From: Candidatus Marinacidobacterales bacterium
GTDB taxonomy: Bacteria; Acidobacteriota; Vicinamibacteria; Marinacidobacterales; SMYC01
Length of the DNA stretch: 64,000 nucleotides
Assembly (NCBI GenBank): GCA_965237955.1
Contig: OZ250169.1
Span: forward strand, 1,856,001-1,920,000
Reading direction: 5' to 3'
This document shows, piece after piece, positions 1-12,295 of this stretch. Positions within the stretch are counted from its first letter, which is position 1; each line of letters begins with the position of its first letter. The notes below the pieces were generated by a model. It was not told the DNA's origin. It was given only the letters and a program-made list of their open reading frames with translations, and ran no database searches. A program made the translations under genes and the position numbers.

Positions 1-113
1 AGCTCGTGCTTCTCGACGAGAGCTTCGCCGCCCTCGACCCCGATAACTTGAGACAGGCGCTCCTCTGTGCACGGGAGAAAGCCGACACCCTCGTGGTGAT
101 CGCTCACCCCTAG
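1..113 (+). CDS. C-terminal end of an ABC transporter ATP-binding domain (partial, runs off the window)
   Basis: Frame 3 reads LVLLDESFAALDPDNLRQALLCAREKADTLVVIAHP*, with Walker B/D-loop (LLDE..ALD) and H-loop (VIAH); stop TAG at 111-113. Confidence 0.85.
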   Translation, partial: LVLLDESFAALDPDNLRQALLCAREKADTLVVIAHP

Positions 114-242
114 TCCCCTGGATCTTTGATTACTATACAAAGTTAGGCTTTTCGCCAGCCCATAAGATTCATAAGATTCATGCACTTAGAATGGTTTCGG
201 CAAGCTCTGCTTTATCTAGTTTGTTCTGATACAGGGGACTAG
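110..242 (-). mobile_element. 133-bp MITE derived from an IS630-family element
   Basis: TIRs CTAGTCCCCTG(G/T)ATC at both ends. The left end matches the right end of the IS630 at 2501..3689 at 24/25 nt; the right end matches the IS630 left end at 24/30 nt. It retains a decayed transposase start (MNLMGWRKA* vs [10 protein letters not shown]). Confidence 0.88.
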
Positions 243-355
243 TCGGCGTGGTCGTCCACCTTCGCTTTGGTGATCAGCGCGACTTCGGTGGCGCCCGCGG
301 TGCGGCAGCGGTCCATCATCTCGAGCACATAACCGTACTGGAGGCGTTTTCGACG
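239..355 (-). pseudogene. C-terminal fragment of an ExbD/TolR-like protein
   Basis: Minus frame RLQYGYVLEMMDRCRTAGATEVALITKAKVDDHAD* resembles the ExbD/TolR YG.V..VMD....AG...VALIT motif; no recognisable N-terminus. Confidence 0.55.
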
Positions 356-498
356 CGTTCTGAGGGGTTGGACACCGTCCCGGGGAAGAGGTTCCGTGCT
401 GGGAAGTCCGTGGTACGGACCTCTCGAAGCGTTACTTTTTTACACAGCATTGTGGGCTTGACACCACGAAAAAGCGTCTCGATATATGACCATTTCGA

Positions 499-1943
499 GG
501 AGATGCCCCTGAGATAGTTGAAGGTTAGGAGTGGCGGCTCCTAAGGCCGGGTTCGATAGAATCCGGCTGTGAAGGAAAAAGAAAGGAGCCACCACGATGT
601 CAAATTACCAAATCATCGATGCGAAGAACAGGAAGAAGCTTCGAGAGATACTGAGCTCGAAGGGGCAAGCTCTGTTGCCGTTCTTGGATGCGATTGAGCG
701 AACCGAGATAGCGATCGACGAAGTGATCGACGTTGCTGGCCGAGCGACGATCGAAGCGGTCTTGGATCTGTCAGCCCAAAGTGTGGCTGGGGAGAAACAC
801 CTGGGGAAGAAGGGTAGCGATGTTCGCTGGCACGGCCGGCAGGGTGGCGTAGTAAGCCTTGCGGAGCGGAAGTTGAGAGTGAGCCGGCCACGTCTGCGGC
901 GTAAGGGAAAGGCAGAGGGAGGGGAGGTTGCGATTCCTGCCTACGAAGCGGTGAACAACTCGTCTCGGCTGAGCCAACGCATCTGGGAAATCCTGATGCT
1001 GGGTGTGTCGACGCGCAAGTACGCGTCGGTTCTTCCCGAGATGGCGGAGACGGTAGGGGTTAGCAAGAGCGAGGTGAGCCGTGAGTTCGTGGAAGCAAGC
1101 GCGGAGCAGTTGCAGGGGCTGATGGAGCATCCGCTGGACGAGCTGGAGATCGCGGTCGTGTACCTGGACGGGATTCGCTTCGGCGAGCACCACGCGCTGG
1201 CGGCAATCGGCGTAGATACAGAGGGATACAAGCATGTTCTGGGGCTTCGGGATGGAGCATCGGAGAACCAGATAGTGTGCAAGGCGCTGCTGGAGGACCT
1301 GGTCGAACGAGGCCTGAGCCCAGAGCGGTGTCGGCTGTTCGTGATCGATGGCTCCAAGGCGCTACGGGTCGCCGTCGACGCTGTGTTCGGTACCCACAAC
1401 AAGGTCCAGCGTTGCAGGAAGCACAAGGAGCGCAATGTGCTCGGTTATCTGCCGCAGGAGCTGAAGCCGCAAGTGCAAGCGAGCCTGCGTTCGGCCTGGC
1501 AGCTCCCAGCAAAGAAGGGCAAAGCGCGGTTGGAGCAACAGGCGAAGTGGCTCGAGGACGACTACCCCTCGGCGGCGGAGAGCATCCGGGAGGGGCTCGA
1601 CGAGATGTTCACCATCAACGAGCTCGACCTCCCCGCATCTCTGAAACGCTGCCTTGGATCGACGAACATCATCGAGTCGTGCTTCAGCGGTGCGCGAGGT
1701 CGTACCCGTCGCGTCACCCGCTGGCGCAATGGCAAGATGGTTCTGAGATGGGCCGCTTCGGCTCTGCTCGCCACGGAGAAAAATTTCCGTCGTATCATTG
1801 GATACCAATCGCTACCGATCCTCGAAGCGAAGTTAGCGGAGGTCACTGAGAATCAAGCGCTCGACAAGCACGCCAAAGTCGGGTAAACCATGTGTCAGGA
1901 GCCGCCACCACCTCGAACCTTCAACTATGGTGGGGGCACCTCC
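499..1943 (+). mobile_element. IS256-family insertion sequence with 8-bp target duplication CATTTCGA
   Basis: Imperfect IRs GGAGATGCCCC..ATAGTTGAAGGTT / AACCTTCAACTAT..GGGGCACCTCC; direct repeat CATTTCGA at 491-498 and 1944-1951. Confidence 0.92.
597..1886 (+). CDS. IS256-family (Mutator-like) DDE transposase
   Basis: GVSTRK, YLDG, VIDGSKAL, QRCRKHKERN and STNIIES motifs. Confidence 0.95.
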   Translation: MSNYQIIDAKNRKKLREILSSKGQALLPFLDAIERTEIAIDEVIDVAGRATIEAVLDLSAQSVAGEKHLGKKGSDVRWHGRQGGVVSLAERKLRVSRPRLRRKGKAEGGEVAIPAYEAVNNSSRLSQRIWEILMLGVSTRKYASVLPEMAETVGVSKSEVSREFVEASAEQLQGLMEHPLDELEIAVVYLDGIRFGEHHALAAIGVDTEGYKHVLGLRDGASENQIVCKALLEDLVERGLSPERCRLFVIDGSKALRVAVDAVFGTHNKVQRCRKHKERNVLGYLPQELKPQVQASLRSAWQLPAKKGKARLEQQAKWLEDDYPSAAESIREGLDEMFTINELDLPASLKRCLGSTNIIESCFSGARGRTRRVTRWRNGKMVLRWAASALLATEKNFRRIIGYQSLPILEAKLAEVTENQALDKHAKVG

Positions 1944-2033
1944 CATTTCGATGCTGGCAACGACTGTAGTCATGAACGTTGCAACATGTCTCTTAAGCGG
2001 GTAAAGAGGCAAATCTAATAAAGGAGTACTTCG

Positions 2034-2096
2034 ATGAAAGTCAAAACCCGAATCCAATCTGGTAGTGGTGGAAACCAGTTCAATCACTATCCCTGA
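2034..2096 (+). CDS. 20-aa putative secreted peptide precursor MKVKTRIQSGSGGNQFNHYP
   Basis: AAGGAG RBS at 2021-2026, ATG at 2034, TGA at 2094-2096, intrinsic terminator directly after; basic leader followed by SG/GG. Confidence 0.7.
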   Translation: MKVKTRIQSGSGGNQFNHYP

Positions 2097-2109
2097 GCGT
2101 AATTAGTAC

Positions 2110-2138
2110 AGGGCAGCCTTGTAGCTGCCCTTTTTTTT
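2110..2138 (+). terminator. Rho-independent terminator of the small peptide gene
   Basis: Stem AGGGCAGC/GCTGCCCT followed by a T8 tract. Confidence 0.85.
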
Positions 2139-2500
2139 GGGACTTATACCTATGGCTTGACACGCGCCCGCCGCTTCCGGTGGGCGGCGAGGCTGGATTT
2201 GGCATGGCGCTTGCGCTTGCGCTTCCGCTCGTCGTCACCGTCCTGCGGCTTAGGTTTGATTTTTTTGGTGCGTGGTAGCGGGCGTTTTCTAAGCAAGTCG
2301 TTTATTTACAACTGCTTAGGTACGAGGTGTGGATCGTAATAAGTCATCGTGTCTCCCGTTGGGAGACAGCCGGACGAGCCCGGCCTCGGTGAGTTCGGGC
2401 GCTGTGGGCTGCGCCAGCAGCCCAGCCATGTAGCGGCGGCGGATTTCCCTGTTTCCTAGCGGCTTCCGTGTTCCACTATCGCCCTTATGGGGTTGTCAAG

Positions 2501-3689
2501 CTAGTCCCATGGAACAGAAAAAGCTAGACAACACTGGCACTTCTGTGATCTGCTAAATGCATGAAACACAAGGGCCGGCGAAAAGCCGAATTGAAGCTGT
2601 CGTCTCAAGAAAGCGAAGCGCTGACGCGACTGGCGCGACGCAGCCGTAGTTCGCCGCACCAAGCCTTCCGAGCGAAGATCGTGCTGGATTGCGCGGCGGG
2701 TCTGACGAATATGGAAGTTGCTAGGAAGATGCACACCATGAGGAGCACGGTGGGCAAGTGGCGAAGACGCTTTGTAGAACAACGAATGGAAGGGTTGTAC
2801 GACGAACCTCGGCCGGGAGCGGCTCGCAAAATCGGCGATGACCAGATCGAGGAAGTCGTGACCAAGACGCTGGCGACGACTCCAAAGGGGAGAACCCATT
2901 GGAGTACGCGCTCGATGGCCAAGCATCTTGGGCTGAGTCATTCGACGATTGGACGTATTTGGCGAACGTTCGGGCTTCAACCGCACCGCTCGGAATCGTT
3001 TCGTCTCTCGCAAGACCCACAACTGGTCGAAAAAGTACGCGACGTTGTTGGCCTGTATATGAACCCACCGGATAACGCGGTCGTCCTGTGCGTCGACGAG
3101 AAATCGCAGATTCAAGCGCTCGAGCGTGCTCAACCTGTCCTGCCCATGAGCTTGGGCCAGCCCGAGCGACAAACCCACGACTACATTCGGCATGGAACGA
3201 CTGACCTGTTTGCCGCACTCGACGCCGCAACAGGTGAAGTCTTCGGAAAGTGCTACGCGCGACATCGAGCGCTAGAGTTCAAGAAGTTCCTCGCTGAGAT
3301 CGAAGCAGCCGTTCCCAGCGAGTTGGACATCCACGTCGTGCTCGACAATCTCGCCACGCACAAGACACCGGCGATCAAACGCTGGCTTTCCAAGCGACCT
3401 CGCTTCCACTTTCACTTCACACCGACACACGCCTCTTGGCTCAACTTCGCTGAGCGCTTCTTTGGCTTGCTCACCGAACACGCCTTGCGACGAGGCTCGC
3501 ACACGAGCGTGCCTCAGCTCCGCGTTGCGATACAAGACTATCTCGATGCTCACAACGAGAACCCAAAGCCGTTCAAGTGGACGAAATCCGCCGACCAAAT
3601 CCTCGAAACCATCGCTCGGTTCGCCCAGCGAACGCTCGATACACATGGCAAATCGAATTTGGACAGTAATTAAAGATCCAGGGGACTAG
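2501..3689 (+). mobile_element. IS630-family insertion sequence inserted at CTAG
   Basis: Ends CTAGTCCCATGGA / TCCAGGGGACTAG; TA target in a CTAG context. Confidence 0.92.
2561..3673 (+). CDS. IS630-family transposase
   Basis: HTH region, then [24 protein letters not shown] and [11 protein letters not shown] motifs. Confidence 0.95.
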   Translation: MKHKGRRKAELKLSSQESEALTRLARRSRSSPHQAFRAKIVLDCAAGLTNMEVARKMHTMRSTVGKWRRRFVEQRMEGLYDEPRPGAARKIGDDQIEEVVTKTLATTPKGRTHWSTRSMAKHLGLSHSTIGRIWRTFGLQPHRSESFRLSQDPQLVEKVRDVVGLYMNPPDNAVVLCVDEKSQIQALERAQPVLPMSLGQPERQTHDYIRHGTTDLFAALDAATGEVFGKCYARHRALEFKKFLAEIEAAVPSELDIHVVLDNLATHKTPAIKRWLSKRPRFHFHFTPTHASWLNFAERFFGLLTEHALRRGSHTSVPQLRVAIQDYLDAHNENPKPFKWTKSADQILETIARFAQRTLDTHGKSNLDSN

Positions 3690-3795
3690 CGGTATAAGTC
3701 CCTTTTTTTTTGCGTGGACCCTCCTTTGGCTTGGTTCACGGCGGCTGAGCGTCGTTTTCACGAACCGCACGACAGGTTCGGCAGACCTGGTGGGA

Positions 3796-6700
3796 TCACC
3801 GGACGTTCAAGGTCGCGGGTTCGTCCATCTTGCGCCGTAAGTCTTCCGCACGCTCGACGATGCGAACCCCGTCGAACTCGGTGGCGATCGTTATCGATTG
3901 CTCGATCTCCACAAGCGCGCGTTCGGGCTCGCCGAGAGCGATGTAGAGCTCGGCGCGGCTGGCGCGCGCGATGGCTTGGAGCGGGCGGAGACGGCGTCCT
4001 TCGATGGTGCCGATCACCTGGGAAAGAAGCTCGGAAGCCATGCGCACGTCGTTGGCGTCTAGGCGTGCACGTGCGAGCTCTAGAGTCGCCTCGAGCTCAA
4101 GCTCGAGATACCCGCTCTTTTGCGAAAGCTCCCGCGACGCGACCAGCGTGCTCGACGCTGATTTTGCTTCCCCTTTTGTCCGAAGCAGAATCCCTCGTAC
4201 GAGTTGTAGCAAGGGTTCTAGACCCTCGGTGTCGACTTCACTAAGCGCTTTGTCCGCACTAGCCAATGCGTGCTCCGCCTCGGCGATGCGATTCTGAACG
4301 AGGTGCAGCCGCGCTTCCTGTATCTTCGATTGAGCGATACGCGCCGGGATGTGCTGCGCGTCGCTTACCGTTAGGCTTTCGACGACCGACTGCATCGCCT
4401 CTTCGTAGCGCCCCTGGTCGGCGTAGATTCTGGATAGCTCTTCATGAGCAGCCGCAGCGTCCGCTAAGTTACCTGTTTCTTGGAGCAGCGGAATCGAGCC
4501 CAAGAAAGCCTCGATGGCTTCTTTGTAATCGCCCTTGACCCGGTAGATTTGACCGTGATTGAAGAGATTGTAGGCGCGTCCCTTGGGATCGTTGGAAGCG
4601 GCGATGTGGACTTTGGCCTGCTCCAAGTAAACCATCGCGTCGGCGTATCTGCCTAGGAGAGAGTAGACGTGCCCAATCATGTTGAGACGATCGGTAAGCT
4701 CCGAATGCTGTTTGCGCTCCCACTCGATCTCGAGCGAGTCACTATAGTTGGTGAGAGCTTTCTGCAAGAAGCCTGAGCTTTCATTGACGGAGCCGAGGTT
4801 GATGAGCGCGAAGGACTCCATCGTGGAGTTACCAGTGTCACGAGCGATTGATAGTGCTTCGTCGAGAAGCGTGCGCGCCTGCTCTAGCTGGCCCATGTGC
4901 TGGTGTACCGTCGCTAAGTTCGTAAGCGTGGCGCTCACGCCGCGGCTGTTCTCCGCGGTTCGGCGGTAGTCTAGTGACTTCTGAAGCTCTTTGGTCGCAA
5001 CGTCGAATTCATTCAAGTCTCGATGGAGCGACGCCCAGGATCGAGTGGATCATCCCGAGCGCCTCGAAATCGCCCTTGAATGCGCCCGCATCCACGGCTT
5101 GCTCGAGAATCGGGATCGCCTCGCGGGTCCGCTTGTTCGTCACGAGCATGCGCCCCAGTCCCAAGAGCGCCCCCCCGTATTGGGGGTCGCGCTCGAGCAC
5201 ATCACGATATTTGCGGATCGCTTCGTCGACTTGTCCCATTGTCTCGAGCGAGCTCGCGAGGCTGTACAGAACGCCGGGATCGTTGGGATAAAGCTTCTGG
5301 AGCTCGCGATAGCTCTCGACGGCCGTCTCCGGGTCGTCGTGGATCCGGGCGGCAATCGCGTGTACCTCGTACCTCTCGCCTCGCGGTAGCTGGACGATTT
5401 GCGCGAGACGCTCGGCTTCGGCGATGGCCTCGCGAGCGCCTGACTCGTTTCCGAGGTGGAAGAACGCTTCGGCGAGGCGCGCGTGCGCCATGGCGAAACC
5501 TGAATCCTCCGCGATCGCCTCTTGGAAAAGAGGCACCGCGGCTTGGTTCGCACCGTCATGAAGCGCATCGAGACCCTGGTGGTACGCTCGAAAGGCCCCC
5601 AACGATGCCGTGGAAACTTCGTGGATCGGTCGGTCGACCCCCGCTTCGAGGTCCAGTTCCTTCGCAACCTCCACGGTGATGGCGTCCACGAGGCCGAAAA
5701 CCTCGGTAGCTGGGCCGTTGATCTGAATCGGTGTGCTGACCCCGGTTCGGCTGTCGCGCAGAACTAGATCCATCCGCAGCTGCTCTTGTGCTTCCACGAA
5801 GCGTCCGTGCAGGGAGACTTGCGCGTCCGCCATTTCCGAGACAACACCAAGCGTTTGCTCGTCGAACCGGCTCTGGCCCTCCTTGCCGAGATCCTTCAGG
5901 ATTTGATTCATGTGCGCTGGCGTCACCGGTCTCAACGTGGGTGACTGCGAGATATCGGTAATCAACATCTCGGGGATACCGATCTCCATCCACGCCAAAT
6001 CTTGGGCGCCGGTCACGTTGTGGAACGGGAGCACCGCGAGCGTGGTGGTTGGAACATCGGCGGCCACACGCGGAGGTGGCTGGGTCAGGTTGTACCAAAC
6101 GCCGACACCGAGCGCGCCTGCGAGACACGCTGCAGCGACCCAGCCTGGCCTACGGCTCACGGCCTTCTTCGTGCGGAGCCACAACGAGGAGTCGACTTGC
6201 TCGCGCGTCAGGTCTTCGAGCACTTCTTCCGCGCTGTGGTAGCGAAGGTCCGGATCCGCTTCGAGGCATTTGAGAATGATGCGCTCGAGGTAGCCAGGGA
6301 TATCGGGATTCGACTCGCGTGGAGAGGGAGCCTTCGTCTGAATTCGCGCGACGATCTTCGAGATCGCCGTGTCGCCTTTGAACGGCGTTTCGCCGGTGAG
6401 AAGCTCGTAGAGAATCACGCCGAACGAGTAGAGGTCCGACTGGGCGTCCGCGGTCTCACCTTTGACCTGCTCGGGGGAGATGTAATCGGGGGTTCCCATC
6501 ATCTCGCCCGTGCCCGTCATCGTCGCCGAGTCGGCGGTGCGAGCGATGCCGAAGTCCATGATCCGGACGACCCCGCGGCCGTCGACCATGATGTTCTGCG
6601 GCTTGAGGTCCCGGTGCACCACGCCTTGGCTGTGGGCTTCGGCGAGCCCGCTCAGCATCTGCTTCATGAACGACAGCGTCTCGGCGACGGGGACTTTTTC

Positions 6701-7300
6701 TTTCTCGTCCAACACCTCGCGCAAGTTCGCCCCTTCGATGAGCTCCATGGTGAAGAACTTCATCCCCTCGAACTCGCCGAGGTCGTAGATGCGGATGACG
6801 TTCTTGTGGGTGACTTTGCGCGCGAGGATCAGCTCTTGCTTGAAGCGCTCGAGAATTTCGCGGCTCGTGCTCTTCTCGGCGCGGATCGTCTTGAGCGCCA
6901 CCGCCCGGTCGAGCTCGAGATCGAGCGCTTTGTAGACGCGGCCCATGCCGCCTTCGCCGAGTTTCTGGAGGATTTGATAGCGATTGCCGAATCGGAACAG
7001 TCGAGGTAGCTCGCCGGTGTACTGGGATGGGGTCGAGAACCGCCAAAGCGACTCACGCGGACCGACCTCGTCGTCCTCGGACATCTCGCGAGCGGCGCGC
7101 AGGAGCTCGTCGGTCTCGGCCGAGGTGGTGCGTGAGCCGCCGATCATCTCGATCGGATCGGTCTTCGAGTCATCCTCTGGCTCGAACGCATTTACCAGGA
7201 GCGCGTTGCAGAGCGCGCACTCCATGCGGTCCGCGGCATTGTCGCGGCCGCAAGCTGGGCAATCCACGGTGGAGCGACCCCCCCCAAGAAAGCTTTTCAA
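3796..7300 (-). CDS. Ser/Thr protein kinase with N-terminal zinc ribbon, TM segment, TolB-N-like domain and TPR array; split by one frameshift near 5025
   Basis: GEGGMG, VALK, HRDLKPQN, DFG and YISPE motifs. ORFs 5009..7300 and 3796..5016 join as ..ILGVAHRDLNEFDV.. if one C is removed. Confidence 0.85.
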
Positions 7301-7429
7301 ATGGACTGTATTGGTGCTGTACTTAATATTGTGCGGGGCTTCCCGGCTAAGATCAACCCTTCAATTCGCTCGGCGTTGCGGCGTAATGCCAATTGAGTTA
7401 ATGTGTTACGTCCTTTTGGGAGGTTTGAG

Positions 7430-7828
7430 ATGCGACGTTGCCCTGTGATCTGGCTCGTTGAGCTTCTGTGCACCCGCTCCCGAAACCCCCCTCGCCCGAT
7501 GGTGGAAGGGGAACCTTCACACGCACTCGTTCTGGAGCGATGGTGACGATTACCCGGAGATGATCATCGATTGGTACAAGACCGCGGGCTACGACTTCGT
7601 CGCCCTGTCCGAGCACAACACGCTCGCCGAGGGCGAGCGTTTCATCGGCGTCGCCGAAAACGGTGGGCAAGAGCTCCTCGACGTGTACAAGGCTCGCTTT
7701 CCCCGACTGGGTCGAGGAACGGCGCACCAACGAAGGCGTGCATGAGGTGCGTCTCGAGACTCTCGAGGAATACCTCGACCAAGCTGAAGGAGAACCCGTA
7801 TCGGCAACGGGTACCTTTTTTGCGGTGA
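7430..7828 (+). pseudogene. Truncated PHP-domain phosphoesterase
   Basis: WWKGNLHTHSFWSDGD...YDFVALSEHN motif; frameshifts, and truncation after about 130 codons. Confidence 0.75.
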
Positions 7829-7893
7829 ATTAGGTTGTCGCTAGGGTCGTCTTGCACGATCGGCGCGGTGTGCGTCATGCTAGGAAGTTAACT

Positions 7894-8592
7894 ATGGCTA
7901 GCGACGGACCTTCTCAACCTCCTCAACCTCCTCAAACGGGACCACCGGCACCCGCGGAGCCCGAGCTCGCGCCCTACATGATCGAAGGCGCTCGCTCGAG
8001 CCGCTCGAAGTGCAAGAGTTGCCGGAAGAAGATCGAAAAAGGAGTGCTGCGCCTCGGCGTTCTCATCGAAGGGCCCTATGGCGTCGGATACCTGTGGCAT
8101 CACCTCACCTGTGCCGCGAAACGACGGCTCGACGACGTCGAAGCTGCCTACGAGCGCGAGGCTTGGAAAGAAGCGAAAGAACCTCCGGAAGACGTGCCTT
8201 CGATCGAAGAGATGCGCAAGCTCAACGAAGAGGCGGAGGAAAAGCGCGAGCAACGAAAGAAAATTCCGTTCGCTGAAGTGGATCCGTCCGGTCGAGCGAA
8301 GTGCAAGCATTGTGGCGAGGTCATGGAGAAAGGAAGTCTCCGCGTGGTTCTCGGCCGGGAGATCGAGTTCGGAAGCCAGTACCGGACGATGCCGATTCAC
8401 GTGCACGGGTTGTGTGTCGCCGGCGAGATCGAGAAAGTCGACTGCAGCACGCTATCAGAAGGCTTCGAGCATTCACTTCGCCAGAACACCCGCGGGCTTA
8501 CTGAGGAACAGGTCGAATCGGTGTTGAAGGATATCGGCGAGCTTCCCGACGACCCCGAGACTGATGAGACTGAGGACGCCCCGCCGTTTTGA
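7894..8592 (+). CDS. Standalone protein with two PARP-type zinc fingers
   Basis: IEGARSSRSKCKSC..I.KG.LRLG...WHHLTC and AEVDPSGRAKCKHC..M.KG.LR...HGLC, both C-x2-C...H-x2-C. Confidence 0.82.
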   Translation: MASDGPSQPPQPPQTGPPAPAEPELAPYMIEGARSSRSKCKSCRKKIEKGVLRLGVLIEGPYGVGYLWHHLTCAAKRRLDDVEAAYEREAWKEAKEPPEDVPSIEEMRKLNEEAEEKREQRKKIPFAEVDPSGRAKCKHCGEVMEKGSLRVVLGREIEFGSQYRTMPIHVHGLCVAGEIEKVDCSTLSEGFEHSLRQNTRGLTEEQVESVLKDIGELPDDPETDETEDAPPF

Positions 8593-8593
8593 G

Positions 8594-9993
8594 CTAATCC
8601 CGCGTTTTCGCGAAGAGCTTGAGCTGGTCGCGGCCTTCCTTCGGGATCGCGATCGGGTAGTTGCCCGAGAAACACGCATCGCAATAGCGTCCGCGGTCGT
8701 CGCCCACGGAGGCCATCAGACCTTCTTGGGAGAGATAGCCGAGCGTATCCGCGCCGATGAACTCCCTGATCTCGTCGACGGAATGATTCGACCCGATGAG
8801 CTCCTCGCGTCGGGGCGTGTCGATGCCGTAGTGGCATGGCCCCGTCGTCGGCGGTGACGAGACCCGGAAGTGTACTTCCGCCGCGCCCGCTCTCCGGATC
8901 ATACCCACGATCTTGCGGCTGGTGGTACCACGAACGATCGAGTCGTCGATGAGGATCACACGACGGTTCTCGATGACCGAGCGCACCGGATTCAGTTTGA
9001 TCTTGACGCCGAAGTGGCGGATCGATTGACGTGGCTCGATGAACGTCCGGCCGACGTAGTGGTTTCGGATGAGACCGAACTCCAAGGGAAGGCCGGACTC
9101 TTTCGAGTAGCCGACGGCGGCGACGACGCCGGAGTCGGGCACAGGGACGACGACGTCGGCATCGACGGGTGTTTCTCGTGCGAGCTGGCGTCCCAACGCG
9201 ATGCGCGTCGGATGAACGTCGCGAGAAAACACGGTGCTATCGGGGCGCGCGAAGTAGACGTGCTCGAAGATACAGTGTGACGCGGGTGTCTTGGGAAACG
9301 GGCGCAGGGATCGCACACCGTCATCATCGATAACGACCATCTCGCCCGGCTCGACTTCGCGGACGTAGTCGGCGTCGATGAGATCGAGAGCGCACGTTTC
9401 CGAGCACAAGACGTAGCTCGCGCCGAGCTTTCCCAGAATGAGCGGCCGGAAGCCTCTCGGATCGCGAACCGCCACGAGTGCGTTCTCCGTCAGGAACAAA
9501 AGCGAGAACGCGCCGGCCACCGTGCGGACAGCATCGAAGATCGCATCTTCACGGCTTCGTTGCATCGACTTCGCGTAGAGGTGCAGAATGACTTCGGTGT
9601 CGCTCGTCGTGCGGAAGATCGATCCGCGCTCGACGAGCTCGTGCCGGAGAAGATGCGCGTTGATGAGGTTTCCATTGTGACAGACTGCGATCTTGCCAAA
9701 CTTGCATTCGATGTAGATGGGCTGGATGTTGGCATTGTTACTCTCGCCCGAGGTCGAATAGCGCGTGTGTCCGATCGCATTCAACCCTTCGAGCTTCTCG
9801 AGCGCCTTGGCGTCGAACACGTCGGCGACGTAACCCTTCTTCTTGCGGCTTCGAAACCCGGAGTTACCTGAAGTGACGATCCCGGCAGCCTCCTGGCCGC
9901 GGTGCTGGAGCGCGTAGAGGCCGAGATACGTCACCCGGGAAGCCTCGGGGTGTCCGAAGATACCGAAAACACCGCATTCGTCTTTGAAGCCAC

Positions 9994-9997
<4 letters not shown>
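8594..9997 (-). CDS. purF: Amidophosphoribosyltransferase
   Basis: Propeptide then CGVFG; LQHRGQE, GHTRYST and [10 protein letters not shown] motifs. Confidence 0.97.
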
Positions 9998-12198
<2,201 letters not shown>

Positions 12199-12204
12199 AG
12201 GTTC

Positions 12205-12291
12205 TTTTCAACGCAAAGGCGCAAAGGCGCAGAGACGCAAAGGTTGAGGCGGCTCGATCTTCCTCGCGCCTTTGCGCCTTTGCGTTGAAAA
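12205..12291. repeat. REP-like palindromic element, copy 1
   Basis: 26-bp perfect IR TTTTCAACGCAAAGGCGCAAAGGCGC / GCGCCTTTGCGCCTTTGCGTTGAAAA between purQ and purL. Confidence 0.85.
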
Positions 12292-12295
12292 AGGA

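Larger units (their letters stand above)
2139..3702. mobile_element. Non-autonomous IS1595-like (ISNwi-type ends) element of about 375 bp, interrupted by IS630
   Basis: GGGACTTATACC (2139-2150) and GGTATAAGTCCC (3691-3702). After removing IS630 the IR extends to 24 bp with 3 mismatches. Flanked by T8 on both sides, consistent with an 8-bp duplication. Confidence 0.75.
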
